64,000 nt of DNA. Origin: Fusibacter sp. A1. Lineage in GTDB: Bacteria; Bacillota; Clostridia; Peptostreptococcales; Acidaminobacteraceae. The notes beneath the pieces were generated by a model. It worked only from the letters and a program-made list of their open reading frames with translations. It was not told where the DNA came from and searched no databases. Made by a program: the position numbers and the translations under genes. Within the stretch, counting starts at the first letter, position 1. Every line of letters starts with the position of its first letter. Positions 9,784 through 19,687 of the stretch are shown here, one piece after another. The DNA is taken from NCBI RefSeq assembly GCF_004125825.1, contig NZ_QQWI01000005.1:304414-368413 (forward strand), written 5' to 3'.

Positions 9784-11445
9784 ATGGATTTTAATTTTCT
9801 AAGAAATGAAACAATCGGCTATGGATCTACAATCCAAACGCCGTTCGGGACACGCCTAATGACTTACGCTGATTACACGGCATCCGGAAAACAGTTGCGA
9901 TTTATCGAAAATTACATACTTCACTTATCTGAGCATTACGCAAACAGCCATACTGAAGATAGCTACACCGGCAGAAGGACTACAGAATACTACCATCAGG
10001 CAAAAGAGAAAATGCATCAATACCTTGGCGCCAATGAGAATTACTCCATATTGCCCGTAGGTACCGGAGCAACCGCCGCTATTGACAAGTTATCAAGAAT
10101 ACTTGGCATTTATGAGACACCCGAACTCTTAAAGCAGACAAAAAAAGAACTATGCTCATCCAACATGCCGGCCTACGCCTGTGACAAGCCCGTTGTGTTC
10201 ATCTCATCCTATGAACATCATTCAAACGAACTTCAGTGGCGCTTAGGTTACGCCGAAGTTGTCAAAATCGAACTAACTGATGAAGGACTTTTCGACCTCA
10301 ATGATTTAGAGCACAAACTCAACCTACCTGTGTACAAACACCGCAAAAAAATCGGCTCCTTCTCCGCCGCTTCCAATGTTACAGGAATCAAAACTCCAGT
10401 CTACGAAGTGGCCCGACTGATGCACCTTCATGGCGGACTTGTCTTTTTTGATTTCGCCGCTAGCGGTCCTTATGTCGAAATAAATATGACAAGGGACGAA
10501 AACTCCTATTTTGATGGGATCTACTTATCACTGCATAAGTTCTTAGGAGGGCCGGGGTCCTCAGGTCTACTGGTAATCAACAACGCAGTCTATCCTTCTA
10601 AAAACATTCCTACAATCGCAGGTGGTGGCACAGTAACCTTTGTAACAGAAGACGATCAGTGCTTCGTCGATTCTTACGAAGACCGCGAAGATGCAGGCAC
10701 ACCAGGCATCTTTCAGGTCATAAGAGGAGCTTTGTGTCTAGAAGTCAAGCACAGATTGGGACAGCAGGCGATATCGGATAGAGAACATGCACTCACACGA
10801 AAAGGAATGGAGCAACTTACGACTGTTCCATCAATTCAAGTTCTAGGAAACCTCGACCCGGAAAATCGCGTCGGAATCGTATCCTTTGTGGTCAAGTACA
10901 AAGAAGCCTACCTTCATCATGGTTTCATCACTACACTGATCAACGACCTGTTCGGCATACAGTTGAGAGCCGGATGTACTTGTGCCGGTCCATATGGTAT
11001 TAAGCTGCTTAATATCGATGATGAGCATGCTACAAAATATAAGAAGGCGATCATGGATGGCGTTCATTCGATGAAGCCTGGTTGGGTAAGAGTCAATTTT
11101 CACTATACCTACGATGACGAGACTTTCAACTACATTATAAAAGCGATACTATTCGCAGCTGAGAACGCTTACTTGTTTTTAAGTGACTACGAAGTGGACA
11201 CATTGAAAGGAACATGGGCAAAGAAAGGCGTTGCGCCACAGACTAAAACACTGGATATCGACCATGCGCTTGTTATGGATAGACTCACCCTGACTAGCCT
11301 TGACAAAAACTATTCCGATTTATATGAACAGTACCTTCAAGAAGCTAATCTGATGAAAGAGGAACGCCTAGCAAAACCTATAGACCATGAGTTGTTCGCT
11401 GCTAAAACGATGAGTGACATCGCCTGGTTTTACCATTCAAAATAG
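9784..11445 (+). CDS. Class V aminotransferase-fold PLP enzyme (cysteine desulfurase / selenocysteine lyase-like)
   Basis: 553 aa. PLP-Lys motif LSLHKFLGGPGSSG aligns with SxHKxxGPxG of NifS/Csd. Divergent from lysA. Confidence 0.7.
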   Translation: MDFNFLRNETIGYGSTIQTPFGTRLMTYADYTASGKQLRFIENYILHLSEHYANSHTEDSYTGRRTTEYYHQAKEKMHQYLGANENYSILPVGTGATAAIDKLSRILGIYETPELLKQTKKELCSSNMPAYACDKPVVFISSYEHHSNELQWRLGYAEVVKIELTDEGLFDLNDLEHKLNLPVYKHRKKIGSFSAASNVTGIKTPVYEVARLMHLHGGLVFFDFAASGPYVEINMTRDENSYFDGIYLSLHKFLGGPGSSGLLVINNAVYPSKNIPTIAGGGTVTFVTEDDQCFVDSYEDREDAGTPGIFQVIRGALCLEVKHRLGQQAISDREHALTRKGMEQLTTVPSIQVLGNLDPENRVGIVSFVVKYKEAYLHHGFITTLINDLFGIQLRAGCTCAGPYGIKLLNIDDEHATKYKKAIMDGVHSMKPGWVRVNFHYTYDDETFNYIIKAILFAAENAYLFLSDYEVDTLKGTWAKKGVAPQTKTLDIDHALVMDRLTLTSLDKNYSDLYEQYLQEANLMKEERLAKPIDHELFAAKTMSDIAWFYHSK

Positions 11446-11640
11446 CACACCCAAAAATGCGGAGCACCCCAAACAGGGAGGCTCCGTATCGTTTCTTAGA
11501 GTTTTCTTAGAATACGATTATAGATTAGTGTAAGCCCTCTTTTATCGTAAATTGCATGCTATAATAAGTTATCAAATCAAAATGACAACACAGAAGATTT
11601 TGTGTTAAAATAACTGGTAGGTTTTTAAGGAGGGAGCATT

Positions 11641-12723
11641 ATGAACAAACGTTCATCGTCTTTTATATTTGGGGTTGTAATCGTCATCGTAGGTCTTTAT
11701 CTACTGGCTGACAACTTAAATCTTGGCATTGTAAATACCATCGATTTTGTAGACATCATCAGTGTCTTGTGGCCGATGCTCTTTATCGGTTGGGGATACG
11801 AGGCACTACAAAAAAGAAATTATGTGGTCGGAGCGATTTTCAGCAGCATCGGCTTACATTTCTTACTGGACAACCTGACATTCATCAGTCCGATTTTCGG
11901 ATTTGCGTCAAGCATAGTATGGCCGGCTTTCATCATCATATTGGGTGTCTACATTATGCTCGCTCCTCCTAAGGAAAAGCAGGTTAAAAGAAACAGCGAC
12001 TTCTCTTCAAGAGGCAGAAGCAGCAATAGCAGTCATAAGTTCAGAGAGTTCGATCCTGACACAGACAATACTGTCATCAGACCAGCAAAGGTTCAACGAC
12101 ACACAGGTAAAACTTCAGAAGCTAGCTTCTCCGATTCAATCGATCAAGTAATCTCATCGGTTGACGAGGTAGTTTCAAACATCAGTAGAAACGTGAAAGA
12201 AAATATTAAGGGTCACAGCGACACGACTTACACAGTGACTCTCTCAAAAGACTCGGATAAGCCAACTGTAGAAAGAATCTACGATGCAACACCAAAACCT
12301 GAGAGCTCAAAAGTCAATCTAAATAAAGAGACACCTAAACAAGAACAAGTTGAAACACAAGCTACAACAAAGACAAATCAAGAAGCTAATCAGAACCAGC
12401 AGCGTAAAGCTAAGAAAATGCGTTCCTATTCCGCAAGCTTTAATTCTAAAAAGCTTTTATTCAAAGAAGAAGACTTTGTAGACGGAGATAACACGATTGA
12501 TATCACTTGTGTATTTGGTGAAGTAAAACTAGGCATTCCAAGAGACGTCAATATCGAACTAGAAGGACAAGTCACACTTGGTGATTTGAAGTTCTTAAAT
12601 GAAAAATATGAAGGTTTCTCATCAGCGATAACTGACAGATATGTCTCCCCTAGCGGCGCGACAAAAACTGTACACATCAACGCTACTGTAATTTTAGGCG
12701 ACATAAAAATTAAATTGATTTAA
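11641..12723 (+). CDS. LiaF-like cell-wall-active-antibiotic response membrane protein (DUF2154-type C-terminus)
   Basis: N-terminal 4 TM helices and a low-complexity linker. C-terminal beta-rich domain with VFGEVKLGIP...ILGDIKIKL pattern. Confidence 0.5.
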   Translation: MNKRSSSFIFGVVIVIVGLYLLADNLNLGIVNTIDFVDIISVLWPMLFIGWGYEALQKRNYVVGAIFSSIGLHFLLDNLTFISPIFGFASSIVWPAFIIILGVYIMLAPPKEKQVKRNSDFSSRGRSSNSSHKFREFDPDTDNTVIRPAKVQRHTGKTSEASFSDSIDQVISSVDEVVSNISRNVKENIKGHSDTTYTVTLSKDSDKPTVERIYDATPKPESSKVNLNKETPKQEQVETQATTKTNQEANQNQQRKAKKMRSYSASFNSKKLLFKEEDFVDGDNTIDITCVFGEVKLGIPRDVNIELEGQVTLGDLKFLNEKYEGFSSAITDRYVSPSGATKTVHINATVILGDIKIKLI

Positions 12724-12771
12724 CACAAATGCCTCTCATGACGATATAATCTAGTGAGAGGTGTTTTTTAT

Positions 12772-13761
12772 ATGAAAAATGATAAATTTGATGAATTCTA
12801 TATGAAGCAGACCCAAGCCAAGAACAAGGAAAAAATGGGTAGAAGCAGCGAAGCTCTAAAATTGTATTTGGACATCATTGAAAATTACTTTCCCGACACA
12901 GATTATTCATTTGAACATGCAGTATTGCTACTAGAAAAAGCTAATCGTTTAGACGAAGCAAAATCAATTTGCACCACGGCGCTGGAGCGTATCAAATCCG
13001 GTGAAATGAAAGGCAATAAGTTTTTTTTTGAAACCCATCTCCTAAAGATAGACGAAAAAACATCAAGCAAAAAATCTGATCACCACTGGGACATACCTGC
13101 TTTTTTTAAAAACAGACCCTTAATTGTGGTAAGTGTATTTTATCTGCTTGCCGCGTTGATCTATTCCTTGCCCTCAAAAATATATAAGTTCATATTTATT
13201 GTTTTTATCGGAGTGGCGCTTGTCGTTCTATTTGAACTCTTAAAGAGTGCAAGAAAAAGCCTGTCGATCAAATTTCAATCCATAGCACTGATTTTTTCTT
13301 TGTTCATCGCGATGGCGGCTGCCGCACAACTCCCCCCACCCGACTGGACCAATTTCTTTTCATTACAATCAATAAGTGAAATGAATACCGAAACGACAAT
13401 AGAGCGATCCGTAGCACCTAATGAAGATAAGGATTCCAGCATCTCATCACAAGATGTAGATACCCTTGAAGCCATGTTTGAAAGCGACCTGGTGGTAAGT
13501 GAGTTATACATTGAGATTGATGATAATCTTATCAGCATATCCCTTTACCTTAAACCTGCCGCTACCACCGAAGAAGCAAAGAACGCCGTAAAATCGATAC
13601 TGCTGGAACTCAACAGCATTAAAGGCTATGAGCGACCAGATGATAATAGGATGGGCGACTTATACAAGGATTACAGCACCCAGATTCAAGTCTTCGACAG
13701 TTTCAGCAATCGTATCTTAAGAGGACAAGTTAGAAGATTCAATCAGAAGTTGAACTGGTAA
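12772..13761 (+). CDS. Hypothetical membrane protein (TPR-like N-terminus, 2-3 TM, C-terminal soluble domain)
   Basis: Start at MKNDKF behind a GAGAGGTG RBS. No recognisable catalytic motif. Confidence 0.4.
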   Translation: MKNDKFDEFYMKQTQAKNKEKMGRSSEALKLYLDIIENYFPDTDYSFEHAVLLLEKANRLDEAKSICTTALERIKSGEMKGNKFFFETHLLKIDEKTSSKKSDHHWDIPAFFKNRPLIVVSVFYLLAALIYSLPSKIYKFIFIVFIGVALVVLFELLKSARKSLSIKFQSIALIFSLFIAMAAAAQLPPPDWTNFFSLQSISEMNTETTIERSVAPNEDKDSSISSQDVDTLEAMFESDLVVSELYIEIDDNLISISLYLKPAATTEEAKNAVKSILLELNSIKGYERPDDNRMGDLYKDYSTQIQVFDSFSNRILRGQVRRFNQKLNW

Positions 13762-13846
13762 CTGAATTACAAGTAAATCAGTAAATAGAAAAGCCATCAC
13801 AACAACGTATTTTATATACGTATTGTGATGGCTTTTCTTGATAGGT

Positions 13847-14638
13847 TCAATCCATATTCTCAGGTGAAAAATCTCCTTTTGGCCCATGCCAACGAAATTT
13901 ATCTATCGTAGATTTTCCTATCTGAATCGCTTCTGCAGGGCAGTTATGTATGCATCTCATGCAAAGATAGCACCGATTGTTAAATGTCACTTTATGATCT
14001 ACGACAATGTTTGCACTAGGACAAATCCTTTGACATCTCCCACATAGAATACACCGTTCATCTGTTTTGAACTTCTTTTGTAGCATGTTTTCAAGAAGTG
14101 GATAGACGCCTTTGATTAGGTCTCCCAGTAGATAATCGCCGATTTTGGGCTTGTGGGAATAGTTATTGCCGTCCCCACTGATAATTGCTTTTGTAAAATC
14201 GGATACAACCTCAATTTCATCAAAATTCATCATGCTGATTGATTTTACCATACTTGAGTCTCTATCCTTAAAAGCCAATGCATCAGAACCGGGCATGAAT
14301 ACTTCAACCACACCTTTTACTTCGTACCCCTTTTTCTTAAACAGTTTTTCAGCAACTCTAAGCGCGTTGCCACTAAGAAAAGCCTTTGTAGCAAATAGAT
14401 AGACAGGCAGTTTGTTCACAGGTTCCATTTCTATAATAAACTTCTTAATGAACTTAGGTATGTCGCATGCGTAAATAGGAAACCCGAACACGAGAATGTC
14501 GCCTATCGACATGTCATTTGTAAAAGATTCAATGGAATTTCGTTTTACCAGCAAGTCAGCCGATTGCAAATTGCGTTCGATTATTTTACTGACGTATTCC
14601 GTATTGCCCGTCCCGCTAAAATAAAGTACTTGTATCAT
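13847..14638 (-). CDS. Flavodoxin-domain protein fused to 2x[4Fe-4S] ferredoxin (EFR1-like)
   Basis: MIQVLYFSGTGNTE flavodoxin loop. CILCGRCQRICP and CYLCMRCIHNCP clusters. GGAGGAGGAG RBS before the ATG at 14638. Confidence 0.7.
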   Translation of the reverse strand: MIQVLYFSGTGNTEYVSKIIERNLQSADLLVKRNSIESFTNDMSIGDILVFGFPIYACDIPKFIKKFIIEMEPVNKLPVYLFATKAFLSGNALRVAEKLFKKKGYEVKGVVEVFMPGSDALAFKDRDSSMVKSISMMNFDEIEVVSDFTKAIISGDGNNYSHKPKIGDYLLGDLIKGVYPLLENMLQKKFKTDERCILCGRCQRICPSANIVVDHKVTFNNRCYLCMRCIHNCPAEAIQIGKSTIDKFRWHGPKGDFSPENMD

Positions 14639-14798
14639 TTCTCCTCCTCCACTACTATAGATCCCTTCTTTCATCTATTCCCCTTTAATCCTTACTAATT
14701 GCAATTATTTGACTTGCATCACCCAAAACACGCATTGACATTAACGCAGCGTCATCGGGTATAATTGAATTGAAGTACTTCAAGAAAAGAGGATATCA

Positions 14799-14909
14799 AT
14801 GCTAATAACCGATGTATCTAAAAAGTATGCTGTCTCTACTAGAACCTTAAGATATTATGAAGAGCTTGGACTGATCACCTGCTCCGAAAATTGCTCTACC
14901 ATCAGTTAA
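14799..14909 (+). pseudogene. MerR-family HTH fragment (36 codons, truncated)
   Basis: MLITDVSKKYAVSTRTLRYYEELGLI is a classic MerR N-terminal HTH, then a stop. Upstream TTGACA-19 nt-TATAAT promoter with the MerR-type long spacer. Confidence 0.45.
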
Positions 14910-15367
14910 ATAGACTTGATACTTCAATCATCGACTTGAAGTATAAGCGTCAACTGGTGCGGTCTACACTGCAAACATTCGGTTCTGATGATTTAACTAA
15001 AGTGAATCTTAAGGCATTCCTAAGTCAACAGCTATTTTTTAGGTCATCCGATGAAAGGTGGACCAACATGATAGAAAATGATAGTCATATCACCATAGAT
15101 ATCGGCAAAGACTTAATCCCGATAGCCCTAGACGATGCAAAGTGCTCATTATTCAGTTCCATCAAAGAACTTAGAGAAACCCTATTAAAAGACTACGGCA
15201 TCGATTTGAAAAAAATCAGAGTAAAAGACAATCTAAATGACCTGTCTCCAAACGAATTTCAGATCTTAAACGACGATAAGGTCCTCATAAGAAAGCAAAT
15301 CAACTCTGAAAATCAACAGCTACAGGTTGATCAGATCATCACACAGTTGAAGGCGATAGTGCTGTAG
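14891..15367 (+). pseudogene. Orphan ORF with an FlhA/FHIPEP-like cytoplasmic-linker segment (likely relic of a type III/flagellar export gene)
   Basis: ITIDIGKDLIPIALD...LRETLLKDYGIDLKKIRVKDNLNDLSPNEFQILNDDKVLIRKQI aligns with the FlhA motifs LELEIGYGLIPLVD...IRRQ..ELG..VPPIRIRDNLQL.PNEY.I...G. No TM domain and no remaining cytoplasmic domain. Confidence 0.4.
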
Positions 15368-15402
15368 GACGATTGATGGCTAATCACACTTCATCTATAG
15401 TT

Positions 15403-15939
15403 CTATGCTTTAGCTAATTTTTTTACTTCTTGAAGCAGTAAAACACTAAAAACAACTTCAACTGCAATCATCAATACGGCTACTGTGACCGAAGTATAAA
15501 AACTACCAACGATCAGTGCCATCAGTGGAATAATAATTGCAAACACCTTATAGCTGGTTGATTTATAGATCCAACTATAGGGTAGTAAGTGTGCACCAAA
15601 TATCATCGCCATCACCATTACAAATTTATCAGGGCTTGTCGCATAGACCCACATGGCAATCAGCAGGTAAAGCATCTGGTTCATGGAAACTAAAAATCCC
15701 AACTGATCAATCGGATTATCCTTGCTGCTAAACTTGATGTTCATTAACTTTGAAATCAGGAATGAAACAGGCAATAATAACGATGTCGCACAGAAGGTCA
15801 ACAGATTCTTGGTTTCTATGACAAGCCCTGTACTATGGATAACGGCAATCACTGACCAGATGATAACAGAAGTCAGAATGAAGTGGATACCCTTCTTTTG
15901 ACTTTTCATACATTGGAGTCGTAATGTTTCTAATTTCAT
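15403..15939 (-). CDS. Hypothetical 5-TM membrane protein
   Basis: Hydrophobic, no motif recognised. Confidence 0.5.
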   Translation of the reverse strand: MKLETLRLQCMKSQKKGIHFILTSVIIWSVIAVIHSTGLVIETKNLLTFCATSLLLPVSFLISKLMNIKFSSKDNPIDQLGFLVSMNQMLYLLIAMWVYATSPDKFVMVMAMIFGAHLLPYSWIYKSTSYKVFAIIIPLMALIVGSFYTSVTVAVLMIAVEVVFSVLLLQEVKKLAKA

Positions 15940-16046
15940 GTTTTCCCCTTGATGTTCAAATAAGTTTGATCATACTCAACATTCTAATTATACTTGAATC
16001 AAAACATAGGATGTGGATTTTAAGGTAATTGTAATACTCAAAAACA

Positions 16047-16095
16047 GAGAAATCCCCGATAAATGACGCTTAGTCAACTATCGGGGATTTCTCTT
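16047..16095 (-). terminator. Terminator after the VOC gene
   Basis: 16-bp stem AGAGAAATCCCCGATA / TATCGGGGATTTCTCT, with a U-run on the minus strand. Confidence 0.55.
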
Positions 16096-16112
16096 GTAGT
16101 TTATCTAAACTG

Positions 16113-16478
16113 CTACCGACGGTCTTCAACAAACTGAACCTTGAATCCGTCCGGATCTTTGACATAAAAAAACCTCATCATAGGATTTGGTACATATACT
16201 TCTGATTGATCGTTGAATCCATTTTCAGTTAGTGTTGCCATCACATCTTCAAGCGTGCTATCCACCATAAAACCTACTGAGATGCCTTTTACTGGCGATT
16301 CAGGTTCGCCAGAATCGCAAATCAGTTCAAGTTCAGTCGTGCCACCGCCAAGAAAAGCGAGTTCAACATGCTCATTAGGCTTAAACCGCCTGTTCAACTC
16401 AAGTCCCACAATCCTTTGGTAAAAGTCGAGTGATACGTCAAGATCCTTTACATGTAGCGTGGTCCAGCAAAATCTCAT
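16113..16478 (-). CDS. VOC (glyoxalase/bleomycin-resistance) family protein
   Basis: 121 aa. MRFCWTTLHVKDLDVSLDFY ... typical paired beta-alpha-beta-beta-beta modules. Confidence 0.75.
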   Translation of the reverse strand: MRFCWTTLHVKDLDVSLDFYQRIVGLELNRRFKPNEHVELAFLGGGTTELELICDSGEPESPVKGISVGFMVDSTLEDVMATLTENGFNDQSEVYVPNPMMRFFYVKDPDGFKVQFVEDRR

Positions 16479-17860
16479 ACTGCTTCCTCCTTCAAAATCG
16501 CCTTGTCGGCTTGTATACCTTCGTGTGAGTCTTCCAAATGCCTTAGTTCGTTGAATAAGAATATCGCAGTCACTACAGATGCTGTAAAATCAGCAGTCGG
16601 ACCAGCAAGCCAGACTCCTGTAAGACCGATGAACTGCGGTAGTAAGATCAAGAGCGGAATCAGCACAAGCACTTGTCTTAATAAGCTTAAGAACATAGCC
16701 TTGGGAGCTTTCCCCACCGCCTGAAAATAGTTTGCACTGATAATCTGAAACCCGATGACAGGAAGCATAGATAAAAACAGCTTCATCCCTTTTGACGCCA
16801 GATCCACAAGTGCAGGATCATTATTGAAAAGACTGATTAGCCCTGTGGTCCAAAACTGTGTTAAAAGAAAACCGAATGATGAGAGTGCCGTACCGGCAAG
16901 TATCGCAAGTAAAAGGGTTTTTTTAACCCTATCAAACGCCTTTGCACCGTAGTTAAAACCGATGATCGGTTGTGAACCTTGGTTGATACCGAAGATAGGC
17001 ATTAAAAAGAAAATCGCAATTGCGTTAATCACAGTCATCGCACTAATCGCTAAATCCCCGCCTGTGGCCTTAAGTGCATTGTTCGCAAGTATGGTAACCA
17101 CACTTGCAGCAACTTGCATAGAGAATGGTGACATGCCTATGGAAAGAATGCTAAGTACTGTTTTTCCATCTAAAACAAGGTTTTTCAGTTTTAATTTAAG
17201 TTTACTCTTTGAAGATGTAAAGTGCATCAGAACCCATGTGGCTGTCAGTAACTGAGAAAAGACGGTTGCGACTGCGGCACCCTGTATTCCCATCCCGAAT
17301 CCAAAAATTAAAATCGGATCCAGTATGATATTGACTATCGCTCCGATAAGGACCGTATACATGGCAATTTTAGGACTTCCTTCGGATCTGACAATTGAAT
17401 TAAGTCCAAATCCCAATCCTTGAAAAATCGCACCTATAAGTATAACCGTCAAATACTGATCTGCAAAGCCGATGGTTACATCACTTGCCCCAAAAATTCT
17501 TAGTAGAGGCAGTTTGAAAATCAGACCTAGTACAGAAAGTGAACCCATGATAAGGATCAGTAGCGTCACCGCATTACCTAAGATTCTTTCAGCCAGTTCC
17601 TTATTGTTTTGCCCCAGCCTTATGGAAACCCTTGCGCCTGCACCGATGCCCACAAGCATCCCAAAGCCCATTAAAAGCGTCATTAGAGGCATGGATAAGC
17701 CTATGCCTGTCATAGGTAGCGGTCCAAGCTTACCGATGTAGATTCTGTCCACCACATTGTAAAGGGCGTTTACCATCATGCCGATAATCGCCGGTAGGGA
17801 ATACTTCCAAAGCAGTTTACCGACGGGTTCGTTTAAAAGTTGTTCATTCTGTCTCATCAT
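16475..17860 (-). CDS. MATE-family efflux transporter
   Basis: 461 aa. 12 TM. N-terminus LWKYSLPAIIGMMVNALYNVVDRIYIGK. 4-bp overlap with the VOC gene. Confidence 0.85.
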   Translation of the reverse strand: MMRQNEQLLNEPVGKLLWKYSLPAIIGMMVNALYNVVDRIYIGKLGPLPMTGIGLSMPLMTLLMGFGMLVGIGAGARVSIRLGQNNKELAERILGNAVTLLILIMGSLSVLGLIFKLPLLRIFGASDVTIGFADQYLTVILIGAIFQGLGFGLNSIVRSEGSPKIAMYTVLIGAIVNIILDPILIFGFGMGIQGAAVATVFSQLLTATWVLMHFTSSKSKLKLKLKNLVLDGKTVLSILSIGMSPFSMQVAASVVTILANNALKATGGDLAISAMTVINAIAIFFLMPIFGINQGSQPIIGFNYGAKAFDRVKKTLLLAILAGTALSSFGFLLTQFWTTGLISLFNNDPALVDLASKGMKLFLSMLPVIGFQIISANYFQAVGKAPKAMFLSLLRQVLVLIPLLILLPQFIGLTGVWLAGPTADFTASVVTAIFLFNELRHLEDSHEGIQADKAILKEEAV

Positions 17861-18317
17861 TCACCTTGTTGTCCTTTTCATCACAGCCTACATTTTTATA
17901 CACGCGGGCATTCTCACTCATCAAGTTGATTAGTCTAGTCAGTTCATTCAAATCATGCTCTGACATTCCTTTAGTTAATGTATTGTGCCAGTCACTAGCC
18001 ACATTTTTTAGCTCAGCATGAAGTTCCATGCCTCTTTGAGTCAAATAAAGCCTCAACATCCTACTATCCGATTCGTCTCTTTTTCTTTCTATAATTCCGC
18101 TCTTTTCAAGTTTCATCGCCGCCCTGGTCACTGTTGTCTTGTCAAGTTCAAGTCGTCTTGAAACATCTTCCTGAGAACTTCCAGGATTCAGATGGAGAGT
18201 AAAAATGAAGGCCAGCTGTCCTCCACCTATTTCTGAAGTTTTTGTACGTTCGGCAAAGAAGGCTTGTTGCGCTCGATATAATAATGAAATATGTCTACCT
18301 ATTGGAAAGTTACTCAT
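17844..18317 (-). CDS. MarR-family transcriptional regulator
   Basis: 157 aa. wHTH LELDKTTVTRAAMKLEKSGIIERKRDESDSRMLRLYLT. Overlaps the MATE gene start, so it probably regulates the pump. Confidence 0.8.
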   Translation of the reverse strand: MSNFPIGRHISLLYRAQQAFFAERTKTSEIGGGQLAFIFTLHLNPGSSQEDVSRRLELDKTTVTRAAMKLEKSGIIERKRDESDSRMLRLYLTQRGMELHAELKNVASDWHNTLTKGMSEHDLNELTRLINLMSENARVYKNVGCDEKDNKVNDETE

Positions 18318-18336
18318 TTTAAACCTTTCTTACAGT

Positions 18337-18392
18337 AATATAGTTGACAATACAACTATATATAGATTTAGTTGTATTGTCAACTATATTAT
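18337..18392. promoter_or_regulatory. 54-bp palindromic operator upstream of the marR-MATE operon
   Basis: 22-bp inverted arms AATATAGTTGACAATACAACTA / TAGTTGTATTGTCAACTATATT with a 10-bp spacer. Each arm is internally symmetric (TAGTTG...CAACTA). Confidence 0.55.
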
Positions 18393-18401
18393 TTCGCCCC
18401 T

Positions 18402-19115
18402 CTAATTAATCTCTTTTCTAATGACAAATAACTGAATACTACCAAATGCGCCTACAATTTTCCGCTCGTAAGTGCAACCGCGGTTATCTAGGATAGCTCC
18501 TATATCCTTAATGATGTCTCCGCTCCGCTCGATGAGCTTTACAAAAAGGTAACCAAATAAATTGTCATCTAAGGGATAGTCATAGTCCATCAAGAGTAAA
18601 ATGCCATCTTTTTTTAACACACGAAGTAGTTCTGTCATTGCAATATCGCCGTCTGCATATCCGGAGAAAGCCATCGTACAGACCACTGTGTCAAAAGACT
18701 CATCAGGATATGGCATTTGCTCCACGTTACCCTTAACAAAGTTGACTGGTCTATTGAGTTTTCTCATTTTGGCAATTGCCCTATCCACCATGGTCTGGTT
18801 ATAGTCAAGCGCATGAATCATAAACTCAGGTGGGTATAGTGACAAAAGATAGCCTGGTCCAAAGGAAACTTCAAGTAGCTTCTCGCCTTTAAGATAAGGA
18901 AGAACTGACCGCAACCACTTTTTCCACAGTGGAAAACAAGCCATGAATCCGTCATAAGCTTTTGCATAACGGGTATAAATCTCATTTCTTCTGTTGGTAT
19001 AATCAAGTCGGTCTACAGGTGCTTGCGTATACCTGAATTTGCTTCTAGAAACCTTAAACATACTGACCACTTCCCTTTCGATACTCATTCTATACCCCTT
19101 TGAGAGGTCTTTCAA
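18402..19115 (-). CDS. Class I SAM-dependent methyltransferase
   Basis: Motif I LEVSFGPGY, post-I acidic residue, VVCTMAF motif. Confidence 0.7.
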   Translation of the reverse strand: MKDLSKGYRMSIEREVVSMFKVSRSKFRYTQAPVDRLDYTNRRNEIYTRYAKAYDGFMACFPLWKKWLRSVLPYLKGEKLLEVSFGPGYLLSLYPPEFMIHALDYNQTMVDRAIAKMRKLNRPVNFVKGNVEQMPYPDESFDTVVCTMAFSGYADGDIAMTELLRVLKKDGILLLMDYDYPLDDNLFGYLFVKLIERSGDIIKDIGAILDNRGCTYERKIVGAFGSIQLFVIRKEIN

Positions 19116-19182
19116 ATGAGCTGTTTTTTTCTTTTGTGATTAGTGGTACAATAAAGTATAATTCGACAAAAGGAGAAACATA

Positions 19183-19629
19183 ATGGACATGACGAGTATG
19201 ATTTTAATTGGTGTGGTAACAAGTTTAATGATCGGGGGCGCTGTCGCAGTACATTTTTACAAGAAGAAAAATATTGCTAAGTTATTCGAGCAAGTTTATG
19301 AATCTTCAAAACAAGTTCCAAAGCAAAAGAAAAACAGTTTTCTATTACTAATGTTCAAAGAAGCGATGACTCCACCAGCTAAGCCGGTAAAATCAAAAGA
19401 CAAATCAAAAGGTAAAGGCAAAGGCAAATCAAAGGCAAAACCAGCAACAACACCAAATCAAAGCAAATTCAACAACCCAAAATATGTAGAAATTCAGTTG
19501 ATGCAGATGGCAAAAGTCCTCAAAGACAATTCTATCGCTAAAGATAAGCCGATGAAGCAGTCACTTCGCTTACTAAAAGATTACCTTGCTTGGGAAGCAG
19601 AAAAGAATTCCCAGAGCAAAAGCGCTTAA
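19183..19629 (+). CDS. Hypothetical single-TM protein with Lys-rich (KSKDKSKGKGKGKSKAK) segment
   Basis: ORF with AGGAG RBS, no homology recognised. Confidence 0.4.
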   Translation: MDMTSMILIGVVTSLMIGGAVAVHFYKKKNIAKLFEQVYESSKQVPKQKKNSFLLLMFKEAMTPPAKPVKSKDKSKGKGKGKSKAKPATTPNQSKFNNPKYVEIQLMQMAKVLKDNSIAKDKPMKQSLRLLKDYLAWEAEKNSQSKSA

Positions 19630-19637
19630 TAAAAATA

Positions 19638-19685
19638 AAGCCCGAAGCATGTCTATTTAGGTTAGACAAGCTTCGGGCTTTTTTA
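19638..19685. terminator. Bidirectional rho-independent terminator
   Basis: AAAGCCCGAAGC...GCTTCGGGCTTTTTTAT. Confidence 0.6.
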
Positions 19686-19687
19686 TA

